49,558 bases of DNA from an uncultured bacterium. GTDB lineage: Bacteria; JAJVIF01; JAPKYR01. This document shows, in pieces, positions 9,406 to 18,888 of this stretch. The position numbers were made by a program, and so were the translations under genes. Below the pieces are notes generated by a model. That model saw only the letters and a list, made by a program, of their open reading frames with translations. It ran no database searches and was not told the origin of the DNA. The stretch is from assembly GCA_965369865.1 (NCBI GenBank), contig CBDURU010000015.1:1-49558 (forward strand). Direction: 5' to 3'. Positions within the stretch are counted from its first letter, which is position 1. Each line of letters begins with the position of its first letter.

Positions 9406-9563
9406 ACATCAATGCTGGATATATCCACTTAAAATTAATTTAACGGAATTGGTCTGAATTACCGTAAGCCAAATTGCTTCTGCTTATATAACGTTCAGGG
9501 AAATAAAGATGGTTTCAATGCGATAATAATTGAGCGGAAGACATTAAAGTGCCGAGGTTATGA

Positions 9564-10925
9564 ATGGGTTTAACCGTATTAATTGTAGATGACGAAGAGC
9601 TGATCCGATACGGGCTTAGAGAGTGGCTCCACGAGGAAGGATTTAACGTTCTGGAGGCACCGGACGGCGCGACCGCCCTGGAATTGGCGAATGAACAGCC
9701 CGATATCATCCTGCTGGATTTCAAGCTTCCGGACATGGACGGCCTTACAGTACTGAAGGAACTGACAAGCCGTCCCGGCAATCCTGTCATAATCATGATG
9801 ACAGGATACGCCACCATAGAACTTGCGGTTGACGCAATGCGTAGCGGCGCCTACCATTTCATTACAAAGCCATGGGACCAGGAGGACCTGACCGGTCGAC
9901 TCCATGCCGCAAGTGAGTTGATTAATCTTCGGATTTCAAACGAAGAACATCGCGCGAACGAAATCGTCAATTATTCATTCGACTCTATAATCGGCGATTC
10001 ACCTGCAATGCGCAGGGTTAAAACGCAGGCCCAGAAAGTAGCTCAAACCGATGCAACTGTGCTGATTACCGGTGAAACCGGTACCGGCAAGGAAGTATTC
10101 GCGCGTGCGATCCACCTCGCCAGCCCGCGACAGGGCAACGAATTCATCGCTGTAAACTGCGCCAACATCCCTGAAACCCTGCTGGAGAGCGAATTATTCG
10201 GCTATGAGCCAGGGGCGTTTACCGATGCTAAAAAGCGCAAGATCGGTCGGATTGAGCGTGCGGATAAAGGCACCCTGTTTCTTGACGAGATCGGTGACAT
10301 GCCCCTGCACCTCCAGGCCAAGATTCTTCGAGTCCTGGAAAATCGTGAGATTGAACGCCTCGGCGGTGAAAAAACCATCAACGTTGAAGTCCGTGTCATT
10401 GCCGCGACTCACCAGGATATTAAAAAGCTTTCCGAAGAGAATAAATTCCGTGAGGACCTTTATTACCGTTTGAATGTGGTTCCGATTCAAATCCCGCCTG
10501 TACGCGAACGAGGGGACGATGCGATTGAGCTGGCGAAGCATTTCATTCAGGCTCACAACAGGCTCATGAACCGTAATGTCCGGCAGATAGACCCCCAGGC
10601 AGCCCTGCTTCTCAAGGCATACAACTGGCCCGGTAATGTCAGGGAAATCGATAATGTTATCGAACGAATTATGATTCTGGAAGATAAAGAAACCATAGAG
10701 GTCAAGCATCTTCCCGAAGAAATCCGTTCCAGCACAGGATCTGTTGTAAGCACAGGAAAAAACAGCGGTTTCCGTCCTATTGCACTCGGGCTGCTCGAAA
10801 AGGAACACATTCTGGCCACACTTAAATTTACTAATCAGCATAAAAAGAACGCTGCCGACCTGCTTGGAATCAGCCGAAAAACCCTGAAACGTAAACTGGA
10901 CGCATGGGCGAAGATGTCCAATTAG
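9564..10925 (+). CDS. Sigma54-dependent response regulator (NtrC/AtoC family: REC-AAA+-Fis HTH)
   Basis: VDDE/LLD receiver, [51 protein letters not shown]. Confidence 0.95.
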   Translation: MGLTVLIVDDEELIRYGLREWLHEEGFNVLEAPDGATALELANEQPDIILLDFKLPDMDGLTVLKELTSRPGNPVIIMMTGYATIELAVDAMRSGAYHFITKPWDQEDLTGRLHAASELINLRISNEEHRANEIVNYSFDSIIGDSPAMRRVKTQAQKVAQTDATVLITGETGTGKEVFARAIHLASPRQGNEFIAVNCANIPETLLESELFGYEPGAFTDAKKRKIGRIERADKGTLFLDEIGDMPLHLQAKILRVLENREIERLGGEKTINVEVRVIAATHQDIKKLSEENKFREDLYYRLNVVPIQIPPVRERGDDAIELAKHFIQAHNRLMNRNVRQIDPQAALLLKAYNWPGNVREIDNVIERIMILEDKETIEVKHLPEEIRSSTGSVVSTGKNSGFRPIALGLLEKEHILATLKFTNQHKKNAADLLGISRKTLKRKLDAWAKMSN

Positions 10926-11226
10926 AGAACATTCCGGGACTGGAAATCCATGGATATATAAAATGAAGGGTTGGCTTCTGTCCCTGTCTAAACGAAGCCG
11001 CCCTGTGAACAATATTCCTCGTAGTTGAAAGGGAACCCTTTAATCCGAAATTTATGGCTGAAAGGGTTCCCTTCCTCGTATTTTCAAGGCTATCATCCAT
11101 ATCGCACCGCAATAATCGGCCTGACCGACTTGTCCGGTTTAATTTCAAATCAATACCTCTCGGCAAACGCTTTTTTATTTTGCCTTTATAAAAAACCTGT
11201 AACAATGTTAAAATAAGTTAATAAGA

Positions 11227-12018
11227 ATGAATCCTGATCGTGATAATAATAATAAAGATCATTGGGATATCTCACAGTGGGATCTCTACTCCGAAAGCGG
11301 GCCCGATGATTTCGACGAGGTGGTCGAACGGCAAAATGATGATGAGCCGGATCTGGAATTAATAGAAAATCCGGATGATGAGATCCGGCCGCGATCGATC
11401 TGGGCAAAGCGGGTTATCAGGTTCACCGCTTCCCTTGTTCTCATCGTCTTCATGGTCGCTTTCATTCTCCCGTCGGCAATAAACGCCGTCTGGTCATATG
11501 CAAGCCGTCCCGATGAACCTGATTATTATTCATTGATAGATATTGGCGGACCCGTATTACGGTTCGAACGCAAGGAGATTCGCTACTCAATCGTGGTGCC
11601 TGAAAATTTTCCAGATGCTGCACTCGGATCCCTTGAAGCACCGCTGCTCAGGGCTCTTGACAACTGGGATGATTCCCTTGGAGACCGCATTAATTTCGTG
11701 CCCGCGCCTGCATCGGGTTCGGATGATCTGCTCATTCATTTTGTTACGGAACTCAGGTCCGCCGGCCTTGCAACCCTGCGCCCGGGTAACCGTTACAGAC
11801 CTGAAATTTACATCCGGCTAAATGTCTCCAGCCAATTTCCGCGGAGTTCAATGCTTGAGACAATTGCATGCCATGAACTCGGCCATGCCCTTGGCATCTG
11901 GGGCCATTCGGATTATAAAGGGGATTGCATGTATCCCATCGCCTCAAGACGAACCCCTTCCGCGAGAGATATCCGTACGATGCGGCTTATCTACGGCCTG
12001 GATGGTGATGTCCGATGA
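11227..12018 (+). CDS. Membrane-anchored matrixin (M10/metzincin) zinc metalloprotease
   Basis: HELGHALGIWGH zinc motif, CMYP Met-turn, one TM helix. Confidence 0.85.
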   Translation: MNPDRDNNNKDHWDISQWDLYSESGPDDFDEVVERQNDDEPDLELIENPDDEIRPRSIWAKRVIRFTASLVLIVFMVAFILPSAINAVWSYASRPDEPDYYSLIDIGGPVLRFERKEIRYSIVVPENFPDAALGSLEAPLLRALDNWDDSLGDRINFVPAPASGSDDLLIHFVTELRSAGLATLRPGNRYRPEIYIRLNVSSQFPRSSMLETIACHELGHALGIWGHSDYKGDCMYPIASRRTPSARDIRTMRLIYGLDGDVR

Positions 12019-12380
12019 TAAAAGCCAGGTGGAGAATAAAAAGAAATAAAACAGGGGCACAGGGGACGAAGAAACCTCGGGAAGCCAGGCTGACCGGAAA
12101 TAAAATTTCCGGCCTTCTTGAGGCAGTTTTACGATGGGGAGTTATCATTATTATTGTTTCTTTGCTGATAACCAATTTTAATACAGGTGTAACCAGTAGA
12201 TCGGAAGCCGACGGGCTGGCACAGGAACTAACCATTCTCCAGCGTGAACGCGCCGAACTCCAGTCTGAACTTGACAGGTTTTCAGACCCCGAATGGCGTG
12301 AGAGCTACTGGAAATGGCGCACTATGAGACATGAGCCGGGCGAGTACTACATCGATTTTGTCGAGCCAGGAATCATTTAA
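12015..12380 (+). CDS. FtsB/DivIC-like septum formation initiator family protein
   Basis: Basic N-terminus, single TM, coiled coil, DP...E......R..PGE motif; ATGA overlap with upstream gene. Confidence 0.6.
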   Translation: MIKARWRIKRNKTGAQGTKKPREARLTGNKISGLLEAVLRWGVIIIIVSLLITNFNTGVTSRSEADGLAQELTILQRERAELQSELDRFSDPEWRESYWKWRTMRHEPGEYYIDFVEPGII

Positions 12381-12532
12381 ACAAACAGGTAAATTTGTCA
12401 GGCTTTATGTAACTTGTATTCTCATCTATAAAAATTAAGTGCGGTTACAATTGTCGTTAAGCCGAATTTATATTATAATATTAATAATAACCACCCCGAG
12501 TAATATACTCCCTTCAATATCGGAGGCTAGCT

Positions 12533-14671
12533 ATGAGTTTCAAGGCTATTACACTTTCTCTTGTTACTGTATTGTTTTTTCTCCTGAATGGATGTTCGGG
12601 CGGTGCGGAGAACCCCACTAGCCCTGATGTACCCGATTTATCGACGCCACTTTCACCCAGTACCGGCCAGTTTTCAAGCCATCAACTGCTTGGTTACTGG
12701 GAAGTCACGATAGATCCGGAAGCCGCTACATGGGAAGCGATGCCGGTTCGAGTGGCTGGCATACATCTTAACATCCTGAAATTCCTGGAAGAAGCACCTT
12801 GCACTAACTGTTTCCAGATCACCTCAATTGAGAAGCTTCCAAATACAGACCTCGATCTTGTTATCACTATCACGCACCCATTCAATTCATCGATGGTCAA
12901 CCTCACCGTATTTGACATGCGCGGAATCCTTATGTTTTATGGCACCGAGGAGTTTCCTGAATTAGGGATCGCTGTATCCAAGTCGAATACGTCAGGTGAT
13001 TCTGAGCTTTTAAACGCTGATGGCTACACTACCCTTTACAATCCCTTAACTGAAGGCAATGGCGTGTTCGGATACCTTAAGGGCAAGATGACAGGACTCC
13101 TCCCGAATCCCACTGCAACCTTAAACGCTTACAAGATTTATTACACAAACGCGAATCGTCTGTATTTTTCAGCCGGCAGCGCCGATGGCGCAAATTACAT
13201 TCTCAGGATTCCGGATCTCAGCGAATTTACCTTCGGGTACGCCGTTGACTGCAGTTGGGATATTCCAACTGAGCCGGTCAGTGTACCTGACAGCTTCCCC
13301 GATACCGCTAACTGCTGGGAAGCATATCACATTGAAACATCTCTCAATCACGGTCTTGCGACCACGGATAATCATACGGCGATCTTAACACTCGACGTCT
13401 ACGACTGGCAGGGAGCAGCATCTATCGAGTCATTACACGTAGAAGGCCCGCATTTCTGGACCGGGCTTATCTCCGGGACAAAAGTAACCGGTGGTTCCGG
13501 CGATCAAAGGTTTGAAGTGGAGCTTATAAACGAAATCAATTTCGTCACGCCAGGTGATTACCCGATCCTTGTGAGGGTTCTTGACACCACAAGCCAGCCC
13601 GGTGCACTGTTAGATAATATTGCCTGGACGCTGGTTGATGTTCCCGTTTACATGAACCATTCCCCGACTTGTTCAGCAATCGTATCCAATCCTGAACCCG
13701 ACCCTGGTGAGATGATAACTTTCACCGACACATCAACAGACCCTGAAGGCCCTGGAGATATTGTTGAAAGCTGGTGGGACTGGGATAACAACGGTACCTG
13801 GGACGAATCGGGATTTGAGGTCGAACACACCTTCAGCGAAACGAAGGTCGAATTCATCAACCACATGGTCAAGGATTCAGCGGGCGCTGAAGCCACTTTG
13901 GGCGAACCAATCGAACTCGATATTGGCCTTTTTATTACCCTCGGCGAGGATAAGGACCACAAGCAGCCCGGTACTTCATACCAGTTTGAAGCTCTCGATG
14001 CAAATTACGATTCCGGAAACGTCATCAATGTGGATGACCCGGACGGACCATGGGATTTTACAACGATCGGCCTCAACACGCAGCAGAACTGGCGTCTGAT
14101 CATTGACGATGATGATCCTGAAGTGGCTGGATTCGTGGACAATTTCAACGACGCCACATCGCATTTCGTTAAACTCGATAATATGTTCGACCCGCTGTTC
14201 AACTATATCTACCAGGCGGAATATCACCATGACGCATCGGATACACTTTATATTTACGGTTTCTATGAACCTGATATAATCGGGTCCTCTGCATTCGGAC
14301 CCCCGGACACTCCCGACAGCCTGGGGATTCCGTACCCCCTTACAATTGACACCAGTTATGAATTCGTTATAAATAACCCACCATTCTATCTCGATTACAC
14401 TGTCGAGGCTATTGGTGAGGGTGATGTAACGGTTCCATACAACAGCGGTACGACCTACAATTGCCTGCTGGTTCGATATCGTTTCAGCGTGAGCGCACCA
14501 CCGCCCCTCAATGGTGGTTACCTTAACTTCGCGTTTATTAATGATGATGGTCTGGTGGTGGCTAATGTCACGGCTATAAACGCACCTCCAGTCTACAATT
14601 GGAACACATCAACGAATATTATCTACACGGACGCTGACGTCATGTTCCAGGCGCTGCACGATATCCCCTGA
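12533..14671 (+). CDS. Large lipoprotein: conserved unnamed N-terminal domain + PKD domain
   Basis: Lipobox LNGC; HLNILKFLE..PCTNCF; WDWDNNG..D PKD signature; GGAGG RBS. Confidence 0.85.
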   Translation: MSFKAITLSLVTVLFFLLNGCSGGAENPTSPDVPDLSTPLSPSTGQFSSHQLLGYWEVTIDPEAATWEAMPVRVAGIHLNILKFLEEAPCTNCFQITSIEKLPNTDLDLVITITHPFNSSMVNLTVFDMRGILMFYGTEEFPELGIAVSKSNTSGDSELLNADGYTTLYNPLTEGNGVFGYLKGKMTGLLPNPTATLNAYKIYYTNANRLYFSAGSADGANYILRIPDLSEFTFGYAVDCSWDIPTEPVSVPDSFPDTANCWEAYHIETSLNHGLATTDNHTAILTLDVYDWQGAASIESLHVEGPHFWTGLISGTKVTGGSGDQRFEVELINEINFVTPGDYPILVRVLDTTSQPGALLDNIAWTLVDVPVYMNHSPTCSAIVSNPEPDPGEMITFTDTSTDPEGPGDIVESWWDWDNNGTWDESGFEVEHTFSETKVEFINHMVKDSAGAEATLGEPIELDIGLFITLGEDKDHKQPGTSYQFEALDANYDSGNVINVDDPDGPWDFTTIGLNTQQNWRLIIDDDDPEVAGFVDNFNDATSHFVKLDNMFDPLFNYIYQAEYHHDASDTLYIYGFYEPDIIGSSAFGPPDTPDSLGIPYPLTIDTSYEFVINNPPFYLDYTVEAIGEGDVTVPYNSGTTYNCLLVRYRFSVSAPPPLNGGYLNFAFINDDGLVVANVTAINAPPVYNWNTSTNIIYTDADVMFQALHDIP

Positions 14672-14696
14672 TGAAATAATCCAGCACAAAATCATT

Positions 14697-14725
14697 ATCC
14701 CCGTGAAAAATTTCATGGGGATTTT
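14697..14725 (+). terminator. Intrinsic terminator
   Basis: CCCGTGAA-aaat-TTCATGGG followed by T run. Confidence 0.6.
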
Positions 14726-14924
14726 TCTTACGAAACCTGGCTCCCGGCAGCATTATCAAGTAGCAACATGTTTCATTTTATTCTTACTTGTTGCAAAACG
14801 CACCGCTTGAAATTAAATCTGCAAGTAATTACTGACAATTTATAAAAATTAATTAGCCCCATACTCCTTTATTCAAAGTATCTTTTGAACTTCAAGCCTG
14901 AATACCCACTCTTAACTGGTAGAA

Positions 14925-14940
14925 CGGAACGCGAATTGCA
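14925..14940 (+). promoter_or_regulatory. Possible sigma54 (-24/-12) promoter
   Basis: CGGAAC-GCGAA-TTGCA, GG-N10-GC spacing, about 60 bp before ORF 15002. Confidence 0.5.
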
Positions 14941-15001
14941 TTGAAATAGGTAGAGAAGCGTATATATTACATTATTTTCTGAAATAAAGGAGGACGAAGT
15001 A

Positions 15002-15214
15002 ATGGCTAAAGCAATAAGAAAAAACACGTTGATCGTCTTCCGCGACAATGAGCCTGATACCCAGGCTGAGTGGCAGAAGGAAGTTTCTGAGCCTATAGTA
15101 AATGGTCCTCAGAAATTCAATGTGGAACTTTCCCCGTTCCAGCGTGTTAAACAAGGTGCGCGAGAGTGTTTTCTCGCTCCAGCAGCCTACCCGGTACGGA
15201 CGCACGTCAACTAA
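15002..15214 (+). CDS. Small hypothetical protein (70 aa)
   Basis: Strong AAAGGAGG RBS correctly spaced before ATG. Confidence 0.65.
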   Translation: MAKAIRKNTLIVFRDNEPDTQAEWQKEVSEPIVNGPQKFNVELSPFQRVKQGARECFLAPAAYPVRTHVN

Positions 15215-15420
15215 TTTCCTTGTCTGATTGTTGAATGGATGTTTACCATCACTGACTCGTGAAGTTCGAAGTCGATGGTTAAACGATCCGAAATGCAGTT
15301 ACAGCTCTCTTCCAACAGGGGGAACAGATAACTTATCTATCCAGCACCGTTTTAAATGAGCAATTTTCAGAAGCGTGAAAATATGATAACGACATACCAC
15401 ATAAAACAAGTTGAAGTTGA

Positions 15421-15587
15421 ATCCGGCGTGTTAGCACACACGCTGGATAAAGTACCGGTGTGGTCTCCAGCAAGTCAGCAGCACTCCTCCATATCTCCAC
15501 GCGGTTCCTCCTCCTGATGAGGCCGCACCGGTACGAACCCCCTCTCCTGTTCAAAGGCCCCCGCCTCATACTGGGGGTCTTTATTTT
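15421..15587 (+). ncRNA. Candidate small RNA with C-rich (CUCC) loop
   Basis: 10-bp hairpin 15421-15448, 16-bp stem 15452-15467/15519-15534, terminator 15553-15587; G-U pairs favour + strand. Confidence 0.45.
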
Positions 15588-15615
15588 AATTCCACTCCTG
15601 AATAATTCAATCGTC

Positions 15616-15692
15616 TGGTGGGCGCGAATGGATTTGAACCATCGACCTCTACTGTGTGAGAGTAGCGCTCTAACCACCTGAGCTACGCGCCC
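15616..15692 (-). tRNA. tRNA-Val(CAC)
   Basis: GGGCGCG acceptor, D arm, CTACT-ctCACac-AGTAG anticodon arm, GGTTCAAATCC T arm, encoded CCA; TTTACA-17-TATATT promoter upstream. Confidence 0.97.
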
Positions 15693-15749
15693 GAGCTGGA
15701 TAACCGTCAGAAAATATACCGCACTGAATATGTGGTGTAAAGAAATAAA

Positions 15750-16319
15750 TCAGTCCTTCCTGCCGACTGTCTCATCGCTATGGCCTTCAGCCGCGTTCAA
15801 TGCTCTGCCGGCGAGGAAAAGTAAATCTCCCAACCGGTTTAAGTAAATCAGGATATCGTTTACTTTTTCACCGTTTCCAAGGAGAACCGACACCTGCCGT
15901 TCCGCCCGTCTGACAACACTCCTGGCCCAGAAACATGCACTGGCGGCCCGGGTTCCGGCAGGAAGAATGAACGAAGTTAAAGGGGAAAGAGATTCCTCCA
16001 GCCTTTCGCATTCCTGTTTAACCAGCGAGATCATTTCAGGACCCACACGCGGCACCTGCATGTTGGGATCCGGGGTTGCGAGATCGGCACCGACAATATA
16101 AAGGTCTTCCTGTACCCTTTTCAGCAGGGGATCGAAATCCTGGATGGCGGTGTTTCCTTCGTCCCTGGTTGAATTGACATAGGCACGGACTAATCCCAGG
16201 GCACATTGAGCTTCATCGACCGTGCCATATGCTTCAAGCCTTGGATGATGCTTGAAAATTCGCTCACCGGAATACATTTGGCTTTTACCATCGTCACCTG
16301 AACCTGTAACTATCGACAT
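15750..16319 (-). CDS. pduO: PduO-type cob(I)alamin adenosyltransferase
   Basis: TGSGDDG.S, R.EAYGTVDE, FILPAG, RSVVRRAER, YLNRLGDLLF. Confidence 0.9.
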   Translation of the reverse strand: MSIVTGSGDDGKSQMYSGERIFKHHPRLEAYGTVDEAQCALGLVRAYVNSTRDEGNTAIQDFDPLLKRVQEDLYIVGADLATPDPNMQVPRVGPEMISLVKQECERLEESLSPLTSFILPAGTRAASACFWARSVVRRAERQVSVLLGNGEKVNDILIYLNRLGDLLFLAGRALNAAEGHSDETVGRKD

Positions 16320-16739
16320 ATCAAGTCTCCAGTGAATGCAGATTTAACTTTTTTAAAAATTCACCTTATTGTAAACCCCTATGCACATATTTTCAAAATC
16401 CCGGTGTTTATACGATATGCAGAGGATTTTAATCAATGCGGTGAATTTTTGGGGTCTTAAACAAAATAAAACAGTAACAAAAATATAACACGGAACCCTA
16501 ATTTTTCCACAAAAATACCGATAAAGATTTTACATAAGCTGAAAAGAACTGGTTTTAGCTTGAAAAATTTACTCAGGCATGGTACAATCAAGTGTGAATA
16601 AGGAGATATAAGATACTATAAGGGCCATTAACCGGCCTTTGTTGAAGGGACAAAAATCCAGACTTTTCAGTTAAGAAGAACATCAGATTAGGTATCTCAT
16701 ATAATAGGATCACCGATAACGGATCCGGAGGTTCATAAA

Positions 16740-17051
16740 ATGTTTATTGTCACAGAAGGTGCAGTAGAAAAAGTCAGCGAAGAATTAGTCAAGTCTAAAT
16801 ACAACTTGAAAGAACTCTTCAACCGGATTAAACAAGAAAATCCGAAAGTTGCAGAATACATCAAGTCACAGGCTGACAAGTCAAAGCATCCTATGGAGGT
16901 TTACGGAACCGGGATTGTTGTCTATTTATTACTGAGTATGCAGGTAGATCTCGATGAGGATACTCTGATGGCGCCGAGTTCAGAGGAAATTTCGGAATTC
17001 AGGGATTTCCTAAACACCACTGATTTATCCGATTTAATTGAGGGAAACTGA
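16740..17051 (+). CDS. Hypothetical protein (103 aa)
   Basis: GGGAGG RBS, downstream terminator. Confidence 0.75.
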   Translation: MFIVTEGAVEKVSEELVKSKYNLKELFNRIKQENPKVAEYIKSQADKSKHPMEVYGTGIVVYLLLSMQVDLDEDTLMAPSSEEISEFRDFLNTTDLSDLIEGN

Positions 17052-17084
17052 TTGGTCCGCACCTTTAAAACCGAATCCACTTTC

Positions 17085-17116
17085 AGGAACCACAAATTGC
17101 GGTTCCTTTTTATTTT
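17085..17116 (+). terminator. Intrinsic terminator
   Basis: AGGAACC...GGTTCCT followed by T tract. Confidence 0.7.
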
Positions 17117-17121
17117 ACATA

Positions 17122-17137
17122 TGTTTCACGTGAAACA
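17122..17137. promoter_or_regulatory. parS: parS centromere-like site
   Basis: Perfect palindrome TGTTTCACGTGAAACA directly before rsmG-parA-parB. Confidence 0.95.
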
Positions 17138-17142
17138 ATTCG

Positions 17143-17892
17143 GTGGCATGTATGCCTGGTAGACTAATGGGAACAAATAGCGATATTTCTGAATTTCTTG
17201 ATGATCTTACAAGCCTTCCAGTTGAACTTGATGAGCAGGTAAAATCCAGTCTTGTTAAATATATACACCTGTTTGCCAAATGGAATGAACGGCTTAATTT
17301 TTCACAGTCGAAAACAGCCTTAGAGATTTTAACAAACCTGGTAGTTCCTTCAATATATTTTTCTATCCTGGTTAAACCGGATTTGAATCTCCTGGACCTT
17401 GGATCGGGACCGGGCATACCCGGGATTCCCATTAAACTGGTCCTCCCCGATCTATCACTTTCAATTATCGAGGCCAATCAGAAATGCTGCGAATTCCTGA
17501 AAACCGTAAAGTCCGACCTGATTATCAAAAAACTCGACATATTTGAAGGGCGTGCCGAAGAGATCGCCCATAATTCTGACCTGCGTGCCTCATTCGATAT
17601 AGTGATCGCACGGTCATTTTCGAGTCTCCCGGTTCTATTGGAAACAGCCTCGCCATTCATTAAAACAGGTGGAACATTAATAATACAATGCTCGAGTAAG
17701 GAATCCTCATTACTCCATAAAAAAAATGAACGGTCCATAACTGTTGGAGCGACATTTCAAACTGTTGGTGCATTCGAACCAGATTCAAATGAGTTTGAAC
17801 CTGTTTATTATTCACTGTTCCAAAAAGTCTCTGAAACACCCGATATTTATCCCAGATCCTGGAATAAAATGAAAAACAGGCCTTTGTGGTAG
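17143..17892 (+). CDS. rsmG: 16S rRNA m7G527 methyltransferase RsmG (GidB); start may be 17152 or 17167
   Basis: WNERLN, DLGSGPGIPGIP, GRAEE, FD...ARS, TP..YPR; synteny with parAB. Confidence 0.9.
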   Translation: MACMPGRLMGTNSDISEFLDDLTSLPVELDEQVKSSLVKYIHLFAKWNERLNFSQSKTALEILTNLVVPSIYFSILVKPDLNLLDLGSGPGIPGIPIKLVLPDLSLSIIEANQKCCEFLKTVKSDLIIKKLDIFEGRAEEIAHNSDLRASFDIVIARSFSSLPVLLETASPFIKTGGTLIIQCSSKESSLLHKKNERSITVGATFQTVGAFEPDSNEFEPVYYSLFQKVSETPDIYPRSWNKMKNRPLW

Positions 17893-17946
17893 TAACCCTT
17901 AATATTTCTTGAACCAGCCCAGATCAGTTGGTATACTCACCCTGGG

Positions 17947-18888
17947 ATGACGGTAATTTCAATCGCCAATCAGAAGGGTGGAGTCGGTAAAACCACAACC
18001 GCAATCAACCTGGCAAGCGCTCTCTCCGAAAAGGGGAAACGTACCCTGCTTATAGACCTCGATCCGCAGGGCAATGCAACAACGAGCCTTGGCTTAAACC
18101 GTCGTGATGCCTTTAACTCCATCTATGAAGTCCTGCTGGAAGGCCTTGCCTGCAGATCGGCAATATTCCCGACAGTCCAGGATAACCTGAGTATCCTGCC
18201 ATCCAATGAAAATATGCCTGGTGCGGAATTACTGCTCACAGACCGTCCCGACCGGACATACCTGTTAAGATATGCCATAGCCGACATTAAATCCCTTTAT
18301 GATTATATATTGATAGATTGCCCCCCCTCATTAGGTCTTTTAACTCTTAACGGATTGACGGCAAGTGATGCTCTCCTGATAACCATGCAGGCGGAATTCC
18401 TGGCCCTCGAGGGTTTAACGCAGCTACTGAAAACCTTAGGCCTGATCAGGAACCAGTTAAATCCCGATCTTGAAATTATTGGGGTCCTTCTTACCATGTA
18501 CGATTCCAGGACCCGCTTGACACGTGAGGTTGAAGATGAGGTCAGGAAATTTTTCGAGGGCAGGACGAGGGTGTTCAAGACAGTAATTCCACGGACCGTG
18601 CGGCTGGCGGAAGCTCCATCGCATGGATTACCGATAACAAAATACGCACCATCATCGAACGCTGCGGAAGCGTACCGAAATCTAGCATTGGAGGTCATGG
18701 ATGCCACGGAAGCCCGCATTGGGAAAGGGTTTGAACGCCCTTATCCCGCAACAGGAGAGGATAGAGCCCGGATTACCGTCCAGGATAGACCCGGTGAATT
18801 CAGCAGTAGACCGGACGGGGACCTGGGTTCGCGAGATCGAGGTATCAAGGATAGTCCCGAATCCCAGCCAGCCCCGCCGGATATTTAA
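17947..18888 (+). CDS. parA: ParA/Soj chromosome partitioning ATPase (C-terminal extension overlaps parB)
   Basis: NQKGGVGKTTT, DLDPQGN, IDCPPSLG, LAEAPSHG. Confidence 0.95.
   Translation: MTVISIANQKGGVGKTTTAINLASALSEKGKRTLLIDLDPQGNATTSLGLNRRDAFNSIYEVLLEGLACRSAIFPTVQDNLSILPSNENMPGAELLLTDRPDRTYLLRYAIADIKSLYDYILIDCPPSLGLLTLNGLTASDALLITMQAEFLALEGLTQLLKTLGLIRNQLNPDLEIIGVLLTMYDSRTRLTREVEDEVRKFFEGRTRVFKTVIPRTVRLAEAPSHGLPITKYAPSSNAAEAYRNLALEVMDATEARIGKGFERPYPATGEDRARITVQDRPGEFSSRPDGDLGSRDRGIKDSPESQPAPPDI

Noticed and set aside
9094..9428. Repetitive ORFs within the tandem repeat
   Set aside because: The 101-bp unit is not a multiple of three; no coding signal
10194..11012. 272-aa antisense ORF
   Set aside because: Shadow of the conserved sigma54 activator gene; no motifs
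15333..15692. ORFs over tRNA-Val, and tRNA-Val as an integration site
   Set aside because: The ORFs overlap the tRNA; no integrase or duplicated tRNA 3' end was seen
16320..16740. oriC in the AT-rich intergenic region
   Set aside because: Only one near-match DnaA box noticed (TTTTCCACA, 16503-16511) and no dnaA/dnaN nearby
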